Made by a program: the position numbers and the translations under genes. From positions 1-29,687 of the forward strand of contig JBDKFG010000063.1 of the NCBI GenBank assembly GCA_039798785.1: 29,687 bases of DNA. The letters are read 5' to 3'. The DNA is from Verrucomicrobiota bacterium (GTDB lineage: Bacteria > Verrucomicrobiota > Lentisphaeria > Lentisphaerales > Lentisphaeraceae). Numbering within the stretch: the stretch's first letter is position 1; the number at the start of each line of letters is the position of its first letter. Shown in pieces: positions 1 to 8,533 of this stretch. The notes beneath the pieces were generated by a model that was given only the letters and a program-made list of their open reading frames with translations, ran no database searches and was not told the origin of the DNA.

Positions 1-165
1 CAGCCGGTTGAGGCTGAAGAAAGGAGCACGGGCGTCCCGCCCGTGGAAGCGACAGGCGGGACGCCTGTCCTCCTTTGTTCCGGCCAAAGGCCGGCTTCCT
101 ATAGCCCAGCCCATCTGGCTGGGAACACAGCCGGCGGGACGCCGGCGATCCAATAGATGAGCTGC
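1..165. repeat. REP-like palindromic repeat cluster 1 (continues past the window edge)
   Basis: Inverted pair AAAGGAGCACGGGCGTCCCGCCCG...CAGGCGGGACGCCTGTCCTCCTTT (20-76). Hairpins CCGGCCAAAGGCCGG (80-94), CCCAGCC-N5-GGCTGGG (105-123) and GCCGGCGGGACGCCGGC (130-146). Bases 1-12 match the arm end at 9112-9123. Confidence 0.85.
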
Positions 166-167
166 AT

Positions 168-647
168 TCAAGTCTCCGAAAGGTTCAGCGAGCGAATCAT
201 CGCAGCGACTCTTGGTGACTGACTCGATGCTGCATTAATCGCTTGGTCTTCACCACATTTCTTCAAAGCATAGGCACACTCAACTGCAATCTCAGGATTT
301 TCGTCCGCAAGCTTCGCTGTCAGCAATGCAACAGATTCCGCCGTCAAAGAGCCGAGAGCGCCCAATGCCGGAGCCGCGTAGGGATGATTCATTGACAAGT
401 GGTGGCGTAAATAGACCTCAAGGGATGTCGCCATGGATCCCAGGCGCTGGGCCGCCACCAAACCACAATCGATGGGCATTCCAAGACGACAATAAGGAAC
501 TCCATTCGAGTTTTTGGCGCGACCTGAAAAAAGGGCTTCCAGCAAAGGGATTGCCTCTTGTTGACGACTTACCAAGTCAACAACCAAGTGGCTGCGCTGG
601 GCAGGGCTCATGCACCTTTCGAAAATACTGAAGTCATCCTCAGTCAC
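168..647 (-). CDS. Hypothetical protein with a HEAT-repeat-like C-terminus (about 159 aa)
   Basis: The ORF-track start (815) lies in repeats. An in-frame GTG at 647 has GGAGG 7 nt upstream. AAPALGALG...LLTAKLADENPEIAVECAYALKK resembles HEAT/PBS repeats. Confidence 0.65.
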   Translation of the reverse strand: MTEDDFSIFERCMSPAQRSHLVVDLVSRQQEAIPLLEALFSGRAKNSNGVPYCRLGMPIDCGLVAAQRLGSMATSLEVYLRHHLSMNHPYAAPALGALGSLTAESVALLTAKLADENPEIAVECAYALKKCGEDQAINAASSQSPRVAAMIRSLNLSET

Positions 648-684
648 CTCATAGCCTCCACTAACTAAAAGGATTTTCAAACTC

Positions 685-804
685 GGAACACAGCCGGCAG
701 GATGCCGGCGAGCCCAGTGGAGAACGCAGAACAAATCCGGCGGGACGCCGGCGATCCAGTAGGGGAGCGGCAGAACGAACCGGCTGGCAGCCGGCGCTCC
801 CAGG
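685..804. repeat. REP-like cluster 2: three tandem hairpin arms with a 43-44 bp period
   Basis: GCCGGCAGGATGCCGGC (693-709), CCGGCGGGACGCCGG (737-751) and CCGGCTGGCAGCCGG (780-794), each followed by a G(A/C)(G/T)CC(C)AG-type tail. Confidence 0.85.
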
Positions 805-815
805 GGAACCGACAT

Positions 816-1136
816 TCATAAATCCTCCGCGAGGTTCAAGGTCATCTCAAGTGCCGAGTCAGGTTCTGTCGGCTTCCATCCTGCGGCGAGTGCTTGCCGG
901 ATGCCTTGAGCCACATGGGCGGGCGTCACACTCTTCCCGGGAAGCTTTAGCCAGTTGTCGGGACGTGGGCCATCCACACTGACCAACAGAACGGAGGCGC
1001 CGCCTTCCAGTTCGACGGCAAAGCGCAAAGGGCGCTGCGCCAAACCTTGTGCGTATGTTGGGCGGGAACGAATCTTCCATCGATAGCTGTGGCCATCGAC
1101 GATGAGGGTTCGGCTGCATTTTTGGGGGAGAGACAT
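816..1136 (-). CDS. Small conserved hypothetical protein (106 aa)
   Basis: Clean ORF. The SRTLIVDGHSYRW...RPTYAQGL...RPDNW...ALAAGWKP pattern resembles a small uncharacterised family I recall from other bacteria (not verified). Confidence 0.75.
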   Translation of the reverse strand: MSLPQKCSRTLIVDGHSYRWKIRSRPTYAQGLAQRPLRFAVELEGGASVLLVSVDGPRPDNWLKLPGKSVTPAHVAQGIRQALAAGWKPTEPDSALEMTLNLAEDL

Positions 1137-1141
1137 TCTTG

Positions 1142-1822
1142 CTAAAGCGAATCAGAGATTTTTACAATCATGGAATTGCTGTCAAAAACTTTTCTGAATA
1201 AATTCTCATTTGAACTACCAATGACCCATACTATTTTCTTATTCCCAAGGTGCCTGTGGCGAAAATATTGATCTACACCTGGACCAATACCTTTTACATT
1301 TACAAGATTCACTTCTGGCCATTCCATTTCATCGATTAACTCAAAATATTTCTTGAAATTAGCACAATGGCGAGAAAATATTACACCGTAAACATCTAAC
1401 CCATTTACAGTTTTAATAATTGGTTCCGACCAATCAAAATTTATATCTGAAAGCTTATTTCTGTACGGCTCAGAAGAGTTTATATATAATCCTCGCCAAC
1501 ACCATTTAAGAAAAAAATCATACTCTGGCGAAGCGCTCGAGCTTGATCCCTGGAAATCTATTGAGAAACCACCATTTTCAAACTCAAATAATATAATTAT
1601 TCTGATTCCATCTCTTTCGTGAGAATCATGCACAAACTCAGGGAATCGACAATTATTAATAAAATCTCTAAATGTAATTAAATCACTAGCAAGGAGCGAC
1701 CACTCTCCATAAATTTTTCTTGACTCCCCACAAATAAAGCCGCGGTCATCCGAGATGTCAACAATCCAGAAATGCTGATCCGAAAATGTTGGCGAAATAG
1801 TTATCGAAGCTTTGAATTTCAT
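1142..1822 (-). CDS. AT-rich hypothetical protein (226 aa), probably horizontally acquired
   Basis: A long ORF in visibly AT-rich DNA is unlikely by chance. The ATG follows GGAGACCTAA, supplied by the duplicated ATPase end. Confidence 0.75.
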   Translation of the reverse strand: MKFKASITISPTFSDQHFWIVDISDDRGFICGESRKIYGEWSLLASDLITFRDFINNCRFPEFVHDSHERDGIRIIILFEFENGGFSIDFQGSSSSASPEYDFFLKWCWRGLYINSSEPYRNKLSDINFDWSEPIIKTVNGLDVYGVIFSRHCANFKKYFELIDEMEWPEVNLVNVKGIGPGVDQYFRHRHLGNKKIVWVIGSSNENLFRKVFDSNSMIVKISDSL

Positions 1823-1882
1823 TTAGGTCTCCGGAATCACAAAGCTATTCGCGCACTTCGGGCAGCTCACCTTGGAGCCGCG
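1823..1882 (-). repeat. Displaced duplicate of the ATPase 3' end (encodes RGSKVSCPKCANSFVIPET*)
   Basis: 1827-1873 matches 2343-2389 at 46/47 nt. Flanking codons differ only synonymously. Confidence 0.95.
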
Positions 1883-1896
1883 GGCGTCCCGCCCGC
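1874..1896. repeat. Single REP-like arm fused to the duplicated gene end
   Basis: GGAGCCGCGGGCGTCCCGCCCGC, compared with GGAGCACGGGCGTCCCGCCCG at 23-43. Confidence 0.8.
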
Positions 1897-1957
1897 TCGC
1901 TTGTGGCTTTATGTGGGGTGCAACTGAGATTATCGAAGGTTCTCTGAATCATTGTTG

Positions 1958-2335
1958 TTAGCCTTTGGAGATGCAGTAACCGACCAATTTATTTTTTTCG
2001 AAAATAAGCGCCCATCCCCAGCCAGGTTCTCCGAACCAGAGGCAATCTTTGCCTACGATTGCATGAGGGATTGGATAGTTTTTGTCGAGTTCATTTGGCC
2101 TTAATGTGGGGAGTTGAGAGATCAATTCGTCTTTGGTCTTGCCAATTAAGTGGTTGCGAAAATCAATATCTACACCGAAGAAATGCTTGACGAGGGAATC
2201 ATTGTACCTCCATACTCCCATTTTCCATAAAATGTAGCGCGGATGAACATGGTGGCTATCGAGAGCTTCCAGTGAAGCGAAGAGAAGGAACAAGGCTCCG
2301 GTGAAAAGGAGTGAGGTTAAGAGCTTTTTTTTCAT
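1958..2335 (-). CDS. Hypothetical exported or membrane-anchored protein (125 aa), lower GC
   Basis: MKKKLLTSLLFTGALFLLFASL is a signal/TM segment. The ATG lies 3 nt after the ATPase stop, with GGAG as SD. Confidence 0.75.
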   Translation of the reverse strand: MKKKLLTSLLFTGALFLLFASLEALDSHHVHPRYILWKMGVWRYNDSLVKHFFGVDIDFRNHLIGKTKDELISQLPTLRPNELDKNYPIPHAIVGKDCLWFGEPGWGWALIFEKNKLVGYCISKG

Positions 2336-2338
2336 GAG

Positions 2339-5300
2339 TCACGTCTCCGGAATCACAAAGCTATTCTCGCACTTCGGGCAGCTCACCTTCGAACCCCGCG
2401 GGTATTCCGCGACGTCGAGCACGGCGGAGCACTTGGGGCAGTTGAGGTTGACGGCGGCGGGGGTGGGGTCGTCGGCGATGCGACCGAGGATGCCCATCGC
2501 CGCGCGTTTGTTGGCCTCGATGTCCTGGAGGAGGGCGTCGGCCTTGCTGGAGCCGCCGCGGGCGAGTTCGGTGCAGGTCTGAGCCCAGTTGTTCATCAGG
2601 TCGATCTGACGCTTGAGGAGCGAGGCGAGGAAGTCGGGGACGGTGTTGACCACTTCGATGCGGGCGCGGGGGTCGCCGGGCGAGGCGGGCAGGGCGGCGA
2701 GGGTCTCGAGGATCTGCGGCAGATTGGCGCCGATGCCGTGCAGGGAGCCGCTGATCGAGGCGTGCAGCTGGTCGAGGTGCTGGCGGTTGTGGCCGGCCAT
2801 CTTCTCGAGGGCGCTGTTGAGGGTGGCCATCTCCGAGGCGACGAGGGCCATCGGGTCGGAGCCGTCCATGCCCTTGAGGCGCTGGTTGCGGCGGAAGGTA
2901 CTGCGGATCTCTTCGAGACGGGCCTTCTGCTTGTCGCTCATGCGGCCGCGCATCTCGGCGAAACGCAGCAGGTTGGACTCGGCGCCGGCGGCGAGGGTCT
3001 GCGATTCGTTCTGGTAGTGGGTGTCGATCAGCACCTCGATCTCGGCGGGCTCCATCAGGGGCACCACCTTCTCGGCGATCTTGGCCATGTTGCGGTAGGA
3101 GCCCTGCAGCTTGAAGGCGGGTTCGGTGCGGTAGGCGTCCTGCTGCGCGGCGGAGAGGATGTACTCCTGGTTGACCGCGAAGAGCGTGTCGCGCACGGTG
3201 CTGAGATGCTTGAAGACGGCGAGGATGTCGCCGAGCTCTTCGGAGCTAAGGTTGATCTCGAGTTCGAGGTTGCTGCGTTCGCCCGATTCGGCGGCTTCGA
3301 TGAGCTTGCGGATGTCCTTCTGCGGCGCGGTGCTGAGGGGACGCAGGGCGGTGTTGGAGGTGACCGCGTTCTCCATGTAGGACATGCGGAAGGCGGGTGC
3401 GGTTTCGCCGATGATGTCGCCGAGGTTGTAGGTGTCGGCGCGGTTGGCGAGCATGTCGGGGATCTTGAACTTCTCGCCCGATTCGGTGTAGGGGTTGCCG
3501 GCCATGCAGACGACGAGGCGGCGGCCGCGCATGTCGTAGGTCTTGGGCTGGCCGCGCCAGACGCCTTCGATGCGGCGCTGGCCGTCGCAGAGGGAGATGA
3601 ACTTCTGCAGGAACTCGGGGTTGGCGTGCTGGATGTCGTCGACCAGGATCATCACATTGTCGCCCATCTCGAGCGCCAGGTTGAGCTTGTTGACCTCGTC
3701 GCGCGCGGCGGCGTTGGGCGCTTCCTGCGGGTCGAGCGAGGTGACGGCGTGGCCGAGGGCGGGGGCGTTGATCTTGACGAAGACGAGGCCGAGGCGGTGG
3801 GCGAGGTATTCCATCAAGGTGGTCTTGCCGTAGCCGGGCGGCGAGATGAGGAGCAGCATGCCCATCAGGTCGGTGCGCTTGTTGACGCCGACGGTGCCGA
3901 TCTGTTTGGCGAGGTTGTCGCCGACCAGCGGCAGGTAGACTTCGTCGACGAGGCGGTTGCGGACGAAGGAGCTCAGCACCTTGGGCTGGAAGTCGGCGAG
4001 GCGGAGTTCCTTGCGGGCCTTGTCGGCGAGCTCGAGCTTGAGCTGCTGGTAGGAACGGAAGCGCGGCGCGACCTCGGTCTCGAAGCGGCGGAGGCGGCTG
4101 CAGAATTCATCGAGGGCGAGGGTCATCTTGCCGCCGACGATGCGGGGGTGCGAGCTGACCAATCCGCCGATCTCGCGGACCAGTTTGACGTCGAGGGTGG
4201 CGCCGGCAGCGGGGCCGCCGAGGAGGAGCAGGGCGGCGGCTTCGGGCAGATAGGGGCGGGCCTCGGGCGGGCAGGCGGAGTCCGCAAAGCCTTCGAGCCA
4301 ATCGGAGGCGAGGCGCCAGGCGCCGGAGAGGTCGCCGCGCAGGTCGGCGAGCGAGGCGTCGAAGCGATCCTTGAGACGGCTCTGGCGCAGTTGCGATTCG
4401 AAGCCGCGGATCATCGTCGCGGCCTCGGAGGAGGCGGTGAAGGGTTTGTTGCGGCAGATCTCGGCGAAGAGGTATTCGGCGGCGTCATGGGCGTCGGCAC
4501 CTGCGATCAGCGGCGTCTCTTGGGCGAAGTCCGCGAGGCGTTTCGCGAGGTCCGCAACCAGCGAGTCGGGGCGGCGCCGCGACGGGAAGGCCTCGCGCAT
4601 CAGGGCGAAGGAGGCGCAGCGGGCGCTGAAGAGCGCCTTGTCCTCCTCCTTGGCGACGGCGGACCACCACAGCGAGGCGAGGGCGCGGTTGGCGGGGGGA
4701 TGGCGCAGCAGGCCGGCGCCGCTGGCGATGTCAATTAGGCTGGCGAGGAGCTGCGCCGCGTCGACGTCGTGGATGCCTTTGACATAGCCCTCGGAGTAGA
4801 GCGGGGCCATGAAGGCTTGGACGGCGGGGAGAAGCTCCGCTGGGAGCGCCGCATGCCGATGCGGCTGCGTTGACTGCATGAGGCCCGCATCGGCATGCGG
4901 GGCTCCCAGGGCTCCCAGCTTGCCCGCTTCCCACTGCTGGAAGAGCTGCCAGGCGAGGAATTCGATGCGGGCGACCTGGGGGTTTTCGGAGGGGATTTCC
5001 ATGTCCCAGACGTCGCGCAGTTCGGCCAGGCGAGGGTCCTTGACCTCGTCGAAGTAGCGGGTGCCGGTGAGGTGGAAGAACTGCGCCTCGTCGCGGCGGA
5101 TGATGGCGAGGTCGAGCTTGAGGGGCGAGGCGGAGAACTGGTGCTTGCCGAGCTTGACCACTTCCTGGCCGGCGACGAAGAGCTCCTGGCGGTCCTTGAG
5201 CTGGCGGACGGCGGTCTCCTTGAGGGTCTTGAGGCGCGAATCGAGGTCGTCGGCGCGCACCGTGTCGCCCAGCTCGCGGAGTTGGCGGGCGAGGTCGCCG

Positions 5301-7702
5301 ACCTTTTCCGGCATCGGGTCGGCGGCGAAGTAGGCGTGGATGTCCTTGGGTTCCTTGAAGGTCTCGACCCGTCCGGCGATGCCTTTGAGGACGCGATCGG
5401 CGGAGCTGACGAGGGCCTGCGAGCGCTTGTTGCGGGCCTCTTCGAGAGCGACGCGTTTGGATTCGAAGGCTTCCGAGGCCTCGACCCGCTTCTCGGCGAG
5501 GGCGGCGAGGAATTCATCGCCGTCGCTGAAGCGCGATTCGAGCTCTTCGAGGGCGATCATGACGCGGGCGAGGCCCTGTTCGCAGGACTTCGAATCCTTG
5601 GCCAGGTCGAGCTGCGAGGCGACGGTCTGGGAGAGCAGCTTGAGCTGGGCGGAGAACTCGGCGGCGCCCTCGGCGGCGGCGAGCTCCTTGAGGCGGTTCT
5701 TGAGCAGCGAGCGCGACTGGTTGAGGCGGGCGAAGACGGTGGAGATCGAGTCAATGATCTGCGCCGCCTCGGTGGCGTCGCCGATCTTGAGGTTGGCGAC
5801 GGTCTCGGTGAGCATCTCGAGCTGGCCGGTGGCGGCGGCGAGATCTTCATCGAGCTTCTTGGCGTCGGCGACGCGGCCGACGGCGGGCACCTTGCCCTCG
5901 AACTCGGCGGCGCGGGCGCGGTAGGGGTCGAGCGATTCCGGCTTGAGGAGGAAGCTGACGGTGCTCTGGCTGAGCTCGGCCTGGCGTTCGACGAGGCGCT
6001 TCTCGGTCTTGTCGGCGAGCTCGAGATCGGCGTAGCGCAGGCCCTTGAATCCGACCGTCTCGCCGCGCAGGGCGCGGATTTCGCCGAGCAGGCCGACGAA
6101 GACCGAGATGTCCTTGTAGTCGGCGTTCTTGATCCGCTTCTCGAGGTCGTTCGACTTGGCGGTGAGGGCGTTGGCCGCCTCGACCGCGGTCTTGCGGATG
6201 CGGCGGACCTTCTCGAACTCGTCGATGGCGGCGCCGGCGGCCTTGCCGATGCCCTGCAGCACCTCGGCGAGGTTGCCCGCCTCGGGCTTGGCGAGCCAGA
6301 AGTAGGCGTCGGTGACGCTGCGGGTACGCTTCACCAGGTCGACATAAAGGTCGGCATAGCCCTCGCCCTTGGCGAAGACGGTCAAAATCTCGCCGCATTC
6401 GCTCATGCAGCGGACGAGGTCCTTGTTGCCGATCTTGTAGAGCAGGTGCGAGGTGTCGCCGGCGGGCAGGGTGAAATCGGAGGCGCAGAAGGGCGTCTTC
6501 CAGATCTGCAGCATGTGGTGCTTCTTCGGCTCCTCGTCGGCCTTGAAGAAGATCAGCTTGCCGTCGGGGAAGAGGGTGTAGCCGCGGCAGACGATGGGCG
6601 TGGCGACGCTCATGGTGATGAGGTTGTACTGCAGCAGCAGGGTGGTGGCGCCGACGCGGTTCTTGAAGACGAAAAGATGGTCTTCGCCGTTGGGGCTGGG
6701 GATGCGGCGGAGGAAGCTCAGGCCCGCGGGCGAATCGAAGGTGCGGACCTCGCCGTTCTGGAGGGCGTAGCCGTTGGGGAAGAGGACGCCGTGGTCCTCG
6801 GGGAGGAGGACGCAGCTCTGCGCCAGGGCGTCGTTGCGGGTGACGGTCTGGGTCTTGGAGCAGAAGACGAAGTGGCGGCTGTCCTTCTCCTGGAAGGGCT
6901 TGATCTTGAGCAGGACGAGCGAGCCGACGAGGGCGTAGTGGATCTCGGCGTCGTCGAGGCCCTGGTCCTTGTTCTCGACCGGTTCGGAGTAGATGCCGGC
7001 GCCGTCGGCGGTGTTGTCCTCGACCTTGATCGTCAGGTCGCCGCCGACGCATTCGACGAAGAGCTTGTCTTCGATCGAGATGTGCGGGTGCTTGCCCTGG
7101 CGGTGCATGTCGCGGGTGCAGCGCTTCCAGGTGAATTCCTGCTGCGGCGGCAGGGAGAGTTCGGCGACCGAGCGGTCGTCGAGGTATTTGAGCGAGCCGT
7201 CGGGCAGCATCAGCCACTTGAAGGCCTTGAGGTCGTTGGCCGAATCGGAGAGGCGGAAGACGAAGTAGAGGTGGCTGCCGCGGATGCCGAGCTTGATCAG
7301 CTTGGCCTTGCGGTAGTATTTCATCATGTCGGCGAAGGCGGCGCGGAAGGCCTTGTCCTCGATCAGCTCGTTGCCGAGCTCGTGGAACTGGCCGTCGTCG
7401 CGCTGCTCGTAGACGCCGAAGACGTCCTCGGGGCTGATCTCCGACTTCATCCCGACCTGGACGTTGAAGCCGAAGATGAACTTGTGGCCGACGGCGGCGA
7501 GGTCCTGGGCGACGCAGTTGTGCGAGGTGGTCAGCCGTTCCGACGCGGTGAGGGCGCTTTCGACGCCGCCGAAGATGCTCTTGCGCTGCAGGTTGAGCGA
7601 TTCGAGGCGCTTCTTCAGCTCCGCCGCCTGGCTTTCGAGACGCTGGCGCAGGACTTCATAGGCACCGCCTTCGAGTTTGGCGGGAGCGGGGGTGTCGGAC
7701 AT
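2339..7702 (-). CDS. Large AAA+ ATPase (DUF3686 / 'DNA repair ATPase' family) with a C-terminal zinc ribbon
   Basis: 1787 aa. N-terminal LEGGAYEVLRQRL and HPHISIEDKLFVECVGGDLTIKVE motifs, long coiled coils, Walker A SPPGYGKTT, Walker B ILVDDIQH, C-terminal CPKC-x16-CPKC. Confidence 0.9.
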   Translation of the reverse strand: MSDTPAPAKLEGGAYEVLRQRLESQAAELKKRLESLNLQRKSIFGGVESALTASERLTTSHNCVAQDLAAVGHKFIFGFNVQVGMKSEISPEDVFGVYEQRDDGQFHELGNELIEDKAFRAAFADMMKYYRKAKLIKLGIRGSHLYFVFRLSDSANDLKAFKWLMLPDGSLKYLDDRSVAELSLPPQQEFTWKRCTRDMHRQGKHPHISIEDKLFVECVGGDLTIKVEDNTADGAGIYSEPVENKDQGLDDAEIHYALVGSLVLLKIKPFQEKDSRHFVFCSKTQTVTRNDALAQSCVLLPEDHGVLFPNGYALQNGEVRTFDSPAGLSFLRRIPSPNGEDHLFVFKNRVGATTLLLQYNLITMSVATPIVCRGYTLFPDGKLIFFKADEEPKKHHMLQIWKTPFCASDFTLPAGDTSHLLYKIGNKDLVRCMSECGEILTVFAKGEGYADLYVDLVKRTRSVTDAYFWLAKPEAGNLAEVLQGIGKAAGAAIDEFEKVRRIRKTAVEAANALTAKSNDLEKRIKNADYKDISVFVGLLGEIRALRGETVGFKGLRYADLELADKTEKRLVERQAELSQSTVSFLLKPESLDPYRARAAEFEGKVPAVGRVADAKKLDEDLAAATGQLEMLTETVANLKIGDATEAAQIIDSISTVFARLNQSRSLLKNRLKELAAAEGAAEFSAQLKLLSQTVASQLDLAKDSKSCEQGLARVMIALEELESRFSDGDEFLAALAEKRVEASEAFESKRVALEEARNKRSQALVSSADRVLKGIAGRVETFKEPKDIHAYFAADPMPEKVGDLARQLRELGDTVRADDLDSRLKTLKETAVRQLKDRQELFVAGQEVVKLGKHQFSASPLKLDLAIIRRDEAQFFHLTGTRYFDEVKDPRLAELRDVWDMEIPSENPQVARIEFLAWQLFQQWEAGKLGALGAPHADAGLMQSTQPHRHAALPAELLPAVQAFMAPLYSEGYVKGIHDVDAAQLLASLIDIASGAGLLRHPPANRALASLWWSAVAKEEDKALFSARCASFALMREAFPSRRRPDSLVADLAKRLADFAQETPLIAGADAHDAAEYLFAEICRNKPFTASSEAATMIRGFESQLRQSRLKDRFDASLADLRGDLSGAWRLASDWLEGFADSACPPEARPYLPEAAALLLLGGPAAGATLDVKLVREIGGLVSSHPRIVGGKMTLALDEFCSRLRRFETEVAPRFRSYQQLKLELADKARKELRLADFQPKVLSSFVRNRLVDEVYLPLVGDNLAKQIGTVGVNKRTDLMGMLLLISPPGYGKTTLMEYLAHRLGLVFVKINAPALGHAVTSLDPQEAPNAAARDEVNKLNLALEMGDNVMILVDDIQHANPEFLQKFISLCDGQRRIEGVWRGQPKTYDMRGRRLVVCMAGNPYTESGEKFKIPDMLANRADTYNLGDIIGETAPAFRMSYMENAVTSNTALRPLSTAPQKDIRKLIEAAESGERSNLELEINLSSEELGDILAVFKHLSTVRDTLFAVNQEYILSAAQQDAYRTEPAFKLQGSYRNMAKIAEKVVPLMEPAEIEVLIDTHYQNESQTLAAGAESNLLRFAEMRGRMSDKQKARLEEIRSTFRRNQRLKGMDGSDPMALVASEMATLNSALEKMAGHNRQHLDQLHASISGSLHGIGANLPQILETLAALPASPGDPRARIEVVNTVPDFLASLLKRQIDLMNNWAQTCTELARGGSSKADALLQDIEANKRAAMGILGRIADDPTPAAVNLNCPKCSAVLDVAEYPRGSKVSCPKCENSFVIPET
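4840..4918. repeat. REP-like inverted pair lying in frame inside the ATPase CDS
   Basis: CTGGGAGCGCCGCATGCCGATGCGG (4840-4864) and its reverse complement with one mismatch (4885-4909), followed by a second GGCTCCCAG (4910-4918). Confidence 0.85.
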
Positions 7703-7752
7703 GGTAGGGACTCGGTGGTTCAGTGTTCACTCAAGATAATGGCAATGCCGAT

Positions 7753-8217
7753 TTATTGCGCAGTTTGGATCTTGCCGCGCACGGCCTCGACAAATTCCGT
7801 GACGGCCTCGGGGCTGGAAAAAGCTCTGTGGGGCAGGAAGGCATAGATTTGATCTTTCCCCATGTAGAGAGCGACATGTCGATTGTACGGTTTGATTTCG
7901 GAAATGAATTCCCAGTTGGTGTCTGAGCTCCAGCCAGCACATTCAAAGCGCGCACCAGAATCTGAAAACTGGAACTTATTCTCCAGAGTCCTATGAGGGT
8001 TGGATTTGAAAGCGTTTCGCAGCCGCCAATTAACAAGAAATGGACAGATAATCACGATCAAGCCCAACCAGAAGAACAGGGGGTGCCCCCAAATCATAAG
8101 CAGGGCGCCAAGGACCAGACAATGCCAAGTCGCGACTCTGCGATCGGCGAGATGCTCCTTCATCGCGTCCATGTATTCCTCTTCCGTGAGAGTGAATTTG
8201 AGTTCAATCGGGGTCAT
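7753..8217 (-). CDS. YcxB-family membrane protein
   Basis: IELKFTLTEEEY N-terminus, two TM helices, and a C-terminal WEFISEIK...IYAFLPHRAFSSPE typical of YcxB-like domains. Start may be 8217 or 8229. Confidence 0.75.
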   Translation of the reverse strand: MTPIELKFTLTEEEYMDAMKEHLADRRVATWHCLVLGALLMIWGHPLFFWLGLIVIICPFLVNWRLRNAFKSNPHRTLENKFQFSDSGARFECAGWSSDTNWEFISEIKPYNRHVALYMGKDQIYAFLPHRAFSSPEAVTEFVEAVRGKIQTAQ

Positions 8218-8331
8218 CGGCGGCCTCATTTTACGGTGATCCTTGTGGTTGCGAGTCAAGGCGGTCAAGTTAGCTTAGGCTGAGGGATGCGGCGTTCCGC
8301 GAGCCGGGATTTGTGGGAAGCGGGGGAGCTC

Positions 8332-8533
8332 CGTGGCTCAAGCTTCCAGCTTGAGTGGATCACGCTCGACCAGGGATGGTCGAGCCACGAATGCCGCCGG
8401 CAGGATGCCGGCGAGCCCAGTGGGGAGCGGCAGGTCGATCTTCATGGTGTTCATCCTGGAAGCGCCGGCGTCCCGCCGGCTGTGTTTTGTTGTTCTCTAC
8501 TGAGCTCGTCGGCATCCTGCCGGCTTTTGTTCC
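8332..8533. repeat. REP-like cluster 3
   Basis: Pair CGTGGCTCAAGCTTCCAGCTTGAG...CTCGACCAGGGATGGTCGAGCCACG (8332-8389). Arms GCCGGCAGGATGCCGGC (8396-8412), GCCGGCGTCCCGCCGGC (8464-8480) and GTCGGCATCCTGCCGGC (8508-8524). Confidence 0.85.

Noticed and set aside
168..180. Gene end CGGAGACTTGA as a third copy of the ATPase terminus (CGGAGACGTGA)
   Set aside because: Only about 10 nt match and the upstream codons are unrelated, which is compatible with chance.
685..804. Tandem 43-44 bp palindromic units as a CRISPR array
   Set aside because: The units vary in sequence, the linkers resemble each other rather than being unique spacers, copies are dispersed in both orientations, and no cas genes are present.
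648..815. N-terminal extension of the 215-aa ORF
   Set aside because: It is translated repeat DNA. A GTG with a good SD at 647 is the more plausible start.
1827..2389. The duplicated gene end as a diversity-generating retroelement TR/VR pair
   Set aside because: The differences are mostly synonymous third-position changes, not adenine-specific, and no reverse transcriptase is present.
2738..7846. Long plus-strand ORFs (666 aa and 983 aa)
   Set aside because: They are antisense shadows of the high-GC ATPase gene with no recognisable motifs.
8266..8310. Possible orphan 3' gene fragment (RLAERRIPQPKLT*) next to repeat cluster 3
   Set aside because: It has no matching parent sequence in the window and is too short to support.
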